A DNA stretch of 64,000 bases from an uncultured Armatimonadia bacterium (GTDB lineage Bacteria > Armatimonadota > Zipacnadia > CAVVLO01). The notes under the pieces are model-generated. The model did not search any database. It saw only the letters and a program-made list of their open reading frames with translations, and had not been told where the DNA came from. The first letter of the stretch is position 1; every line of letters starts with the position of its first letter. A program made the translations under genes and the position numbers. Below are positions 62,593 to 64,000 of the stretch, one piece after another. Where the stretch lies: NCBI GenBank assembly GCA_963749155.1, contig CAVVLO010000002.1:256001-320000 (forward strand), in the 5' to 3' direction.

Positions 62593-62621
62593 AAAGCCCC
62601 CGGCTTCGGCCGGGGGCTTTT
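62593..62621. terminator. Bidirectional terminator
   Basis: AAAGCCCCCGG-CTTCGG-CCGGGGGCTTTT between convergent genes. Confidence 0.85.
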
Positions 62622-62640
62622 ACTTGGGCAGAAATACAGG

Positions 62641-64000
62641 CTAGCTGCGCCTGAGGCGCACCGCCAGATCGTGCCGAAACTCTGGTAGCTCGAGACTCAG
62701 CTTCCCATCGGAGACCAGCACAAGCTCCGGCGAATAAACTCCAGTGGTCGGCGAAAAGCAGGCCACACGCCATTTGCCTGCGGCAAGAGCGAGTTCCACA
62801 CCCGTCCGGATAGCCTCCCCGCAGCCTGGCTCTTCCTGTTCTCGTTCATCGGCCAGATACAGGGCGACTTCTTCATCCGGCGCGCCAAAGGCGACAGGCA
62901 GCAGCGGCGTCGGGCAGTACGCGATTATCTCCGGCAGCGGCTTGCACTTCGCAAGGGGCAGGGAGTGCACAAATTGAGAAAGGTATCCGAACCAGCTCCG
63001 GATGGTTTTTTGAGAATCCGGCGTGCCGGTTTCGCGCCAGGGGTGGATGGAGAAGTCGATATAATCGTAGTGCGCGGCTGAAAGCAGGGTCACCCAGGCG
63101 CGCTTGCGGTGGATAGTCCACCCGACCGGGTCCATGAACCTGCTGGCGACATTGTCCTCGTCCAGGTTGAGAGGCTTGCCCGCCTTCCAGGTCGCCAGGC
63201 AATAATCGCGCACTGCGCGCAGTTTAAGTTCACCCGACATAAAGGTGCCCATATCCCAGGAGGCGCCCTGGTAGGTCGTGTTGGGCAGCGGGTGCATATT
63301 TACGACATCCAGTGGGAACTCACCGAAAGAGAGGGTCGAGGGCTGCTCCCAGGGCGTGTAAGTGAAGGCCTCCTGGCCAAAGATGAGATGCCTGTTTGGC
63401 AGGTCTGCTTCAGTTTCACAGATAGCCTGGGCGACCGCTTTCAGCCACTCGTTGGTCTCAGCCGGGGTGGGATGCTCAGGCCCGCCCAGCCCCCCGCCCG
63501 GTTCGTTGCAGAGCTCGAAGACCACATTGTCGTAAGCGTTGAGTTCGGCTACTGCCTTTCGCACATGGGCCAGTTGAACAGCGACGCGTTGCTCATCACG
63601 CAAGGTGTTGTATTCCCACCAGGGGATATCTTTCAGCTCGCTCAGGTTGTTGGCCGCGTGAAGGGGATTTAGCCCCCACACCTCGGGCGCATAGGTGTTG
63701 CTGAGCAGCACAACCTCTACGATGATGCCGTATTCATTGGCAAGTGACACGAAGCTGTGAAGGCGCTCGAAGAACTCCGGGTTCCACTTGTCGAGGTCAT
63801 ACCTCGGCAGTCCATCAGCGGCCCGACCAGGCCCCGTGCGCGGGAAAGGACTTATGTAATCGGTGGACTCGGGCTTGCAGGTCGAATAAGGGTTGACGGC
63901 ACTCTGCAGTTCGCGGAAGAGCAGGAAGAGCCGCGTCAAGGTCATCCCCTTCTCCGAAGCATCTGCCAGATACTTGCAGTAATCAAAGGGCCGATTCATC
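62641..64000 (-). CDS. GH5/DUF4038-like TIM-barrel protein, 3' part (start beyond the window)
   Basis: LTRLF, YDLDKWNPEFFERL, NVVFELCNEP, VVNMH and LNLDE motifs; similar to the N-domain of 46032..48458. Confidence 0.7.
   Translation of the reverse strand, partial: MNRPFDYCKYLADASEKGMTLTRLFLLFRELQSAVNPYSTCKPESTDYISPFPRTGPGRAADGLPRYDLDKWNPEFFERLHSFVSLANEYGIIVEVVLLSNTYAPEVWGLNPLHAANNLSELKDIPWWEYNTLRDEQRVAVQLAHVRKAVAELNAYDNVVFELCNEPGGGLGGPEHPTPAETNEWLKAVAQAICETEADLPNRHLIFGQEAFTYTPWEQPSTLSFGEFPLDVVNMHPLPNTTYQGASWDMGTFMSGELKLRAVRDYCLATWKAGKPLNLDEDNVASRFMDPVGWTIHRKRAWVTLLSAAHYDYIDFSIHPWRETGTPDSQKTIRSWFGYLSQFVHSLPLAKCKPLPEIIAYCPTPLLPVAFGAPDEEVALYLADEREQEEPGCGEAIRTGVELALAAGKWRVACFSPTTGVYSPELVLVSDGKLSLELPEFRHDLAVRLRRS

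Overview
GC-rich bacterial DNA, most likely from an Armatimonadota-like diderm. This is inferred from the [33 protein letters not shown] prepilin/DUF1559 genes, a porin and many signal-peptide CAZyme-like genes. About 50 kb encodes secreted, mostly unclassified glycoside-hydrolase-like proteins: clan-A-like TIM barrels, (alpha/alpha)6 enzymes with malectin-like inserts, GH20-like, GH29, GH2 and BNR/sialidase-like. The window also holds a MATE exporter, a LIV-type ABC transporter-paaK-porin unit and five tandem DUF1559 prepilin-like genes. More than 25 apparent frameshifts split otherwise intact genes; these are most likely long-read indel errors, so split ORFs are merged here. The best candidate for an undescribed system is a 1.3-kb module at 28.2-29.6 kb: a DUF3800 (RNase H-like) gene, a small putative RelE/BECR-like RNase gene, and a convergent ~65-nt two-hairpin RNA with its own sigma70 promoter. 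Other highlights are a sigmaH-like promoter motif ahead of most transcription units, mosaic DUF1559 paralogs with a split H-X9-DG motif and structured leaders, and a REP-like-palindrome-flanked 1.5-kb segment containing a C18 tract. No rRNA, tRNA, CRISPR array or transposase was recognised.
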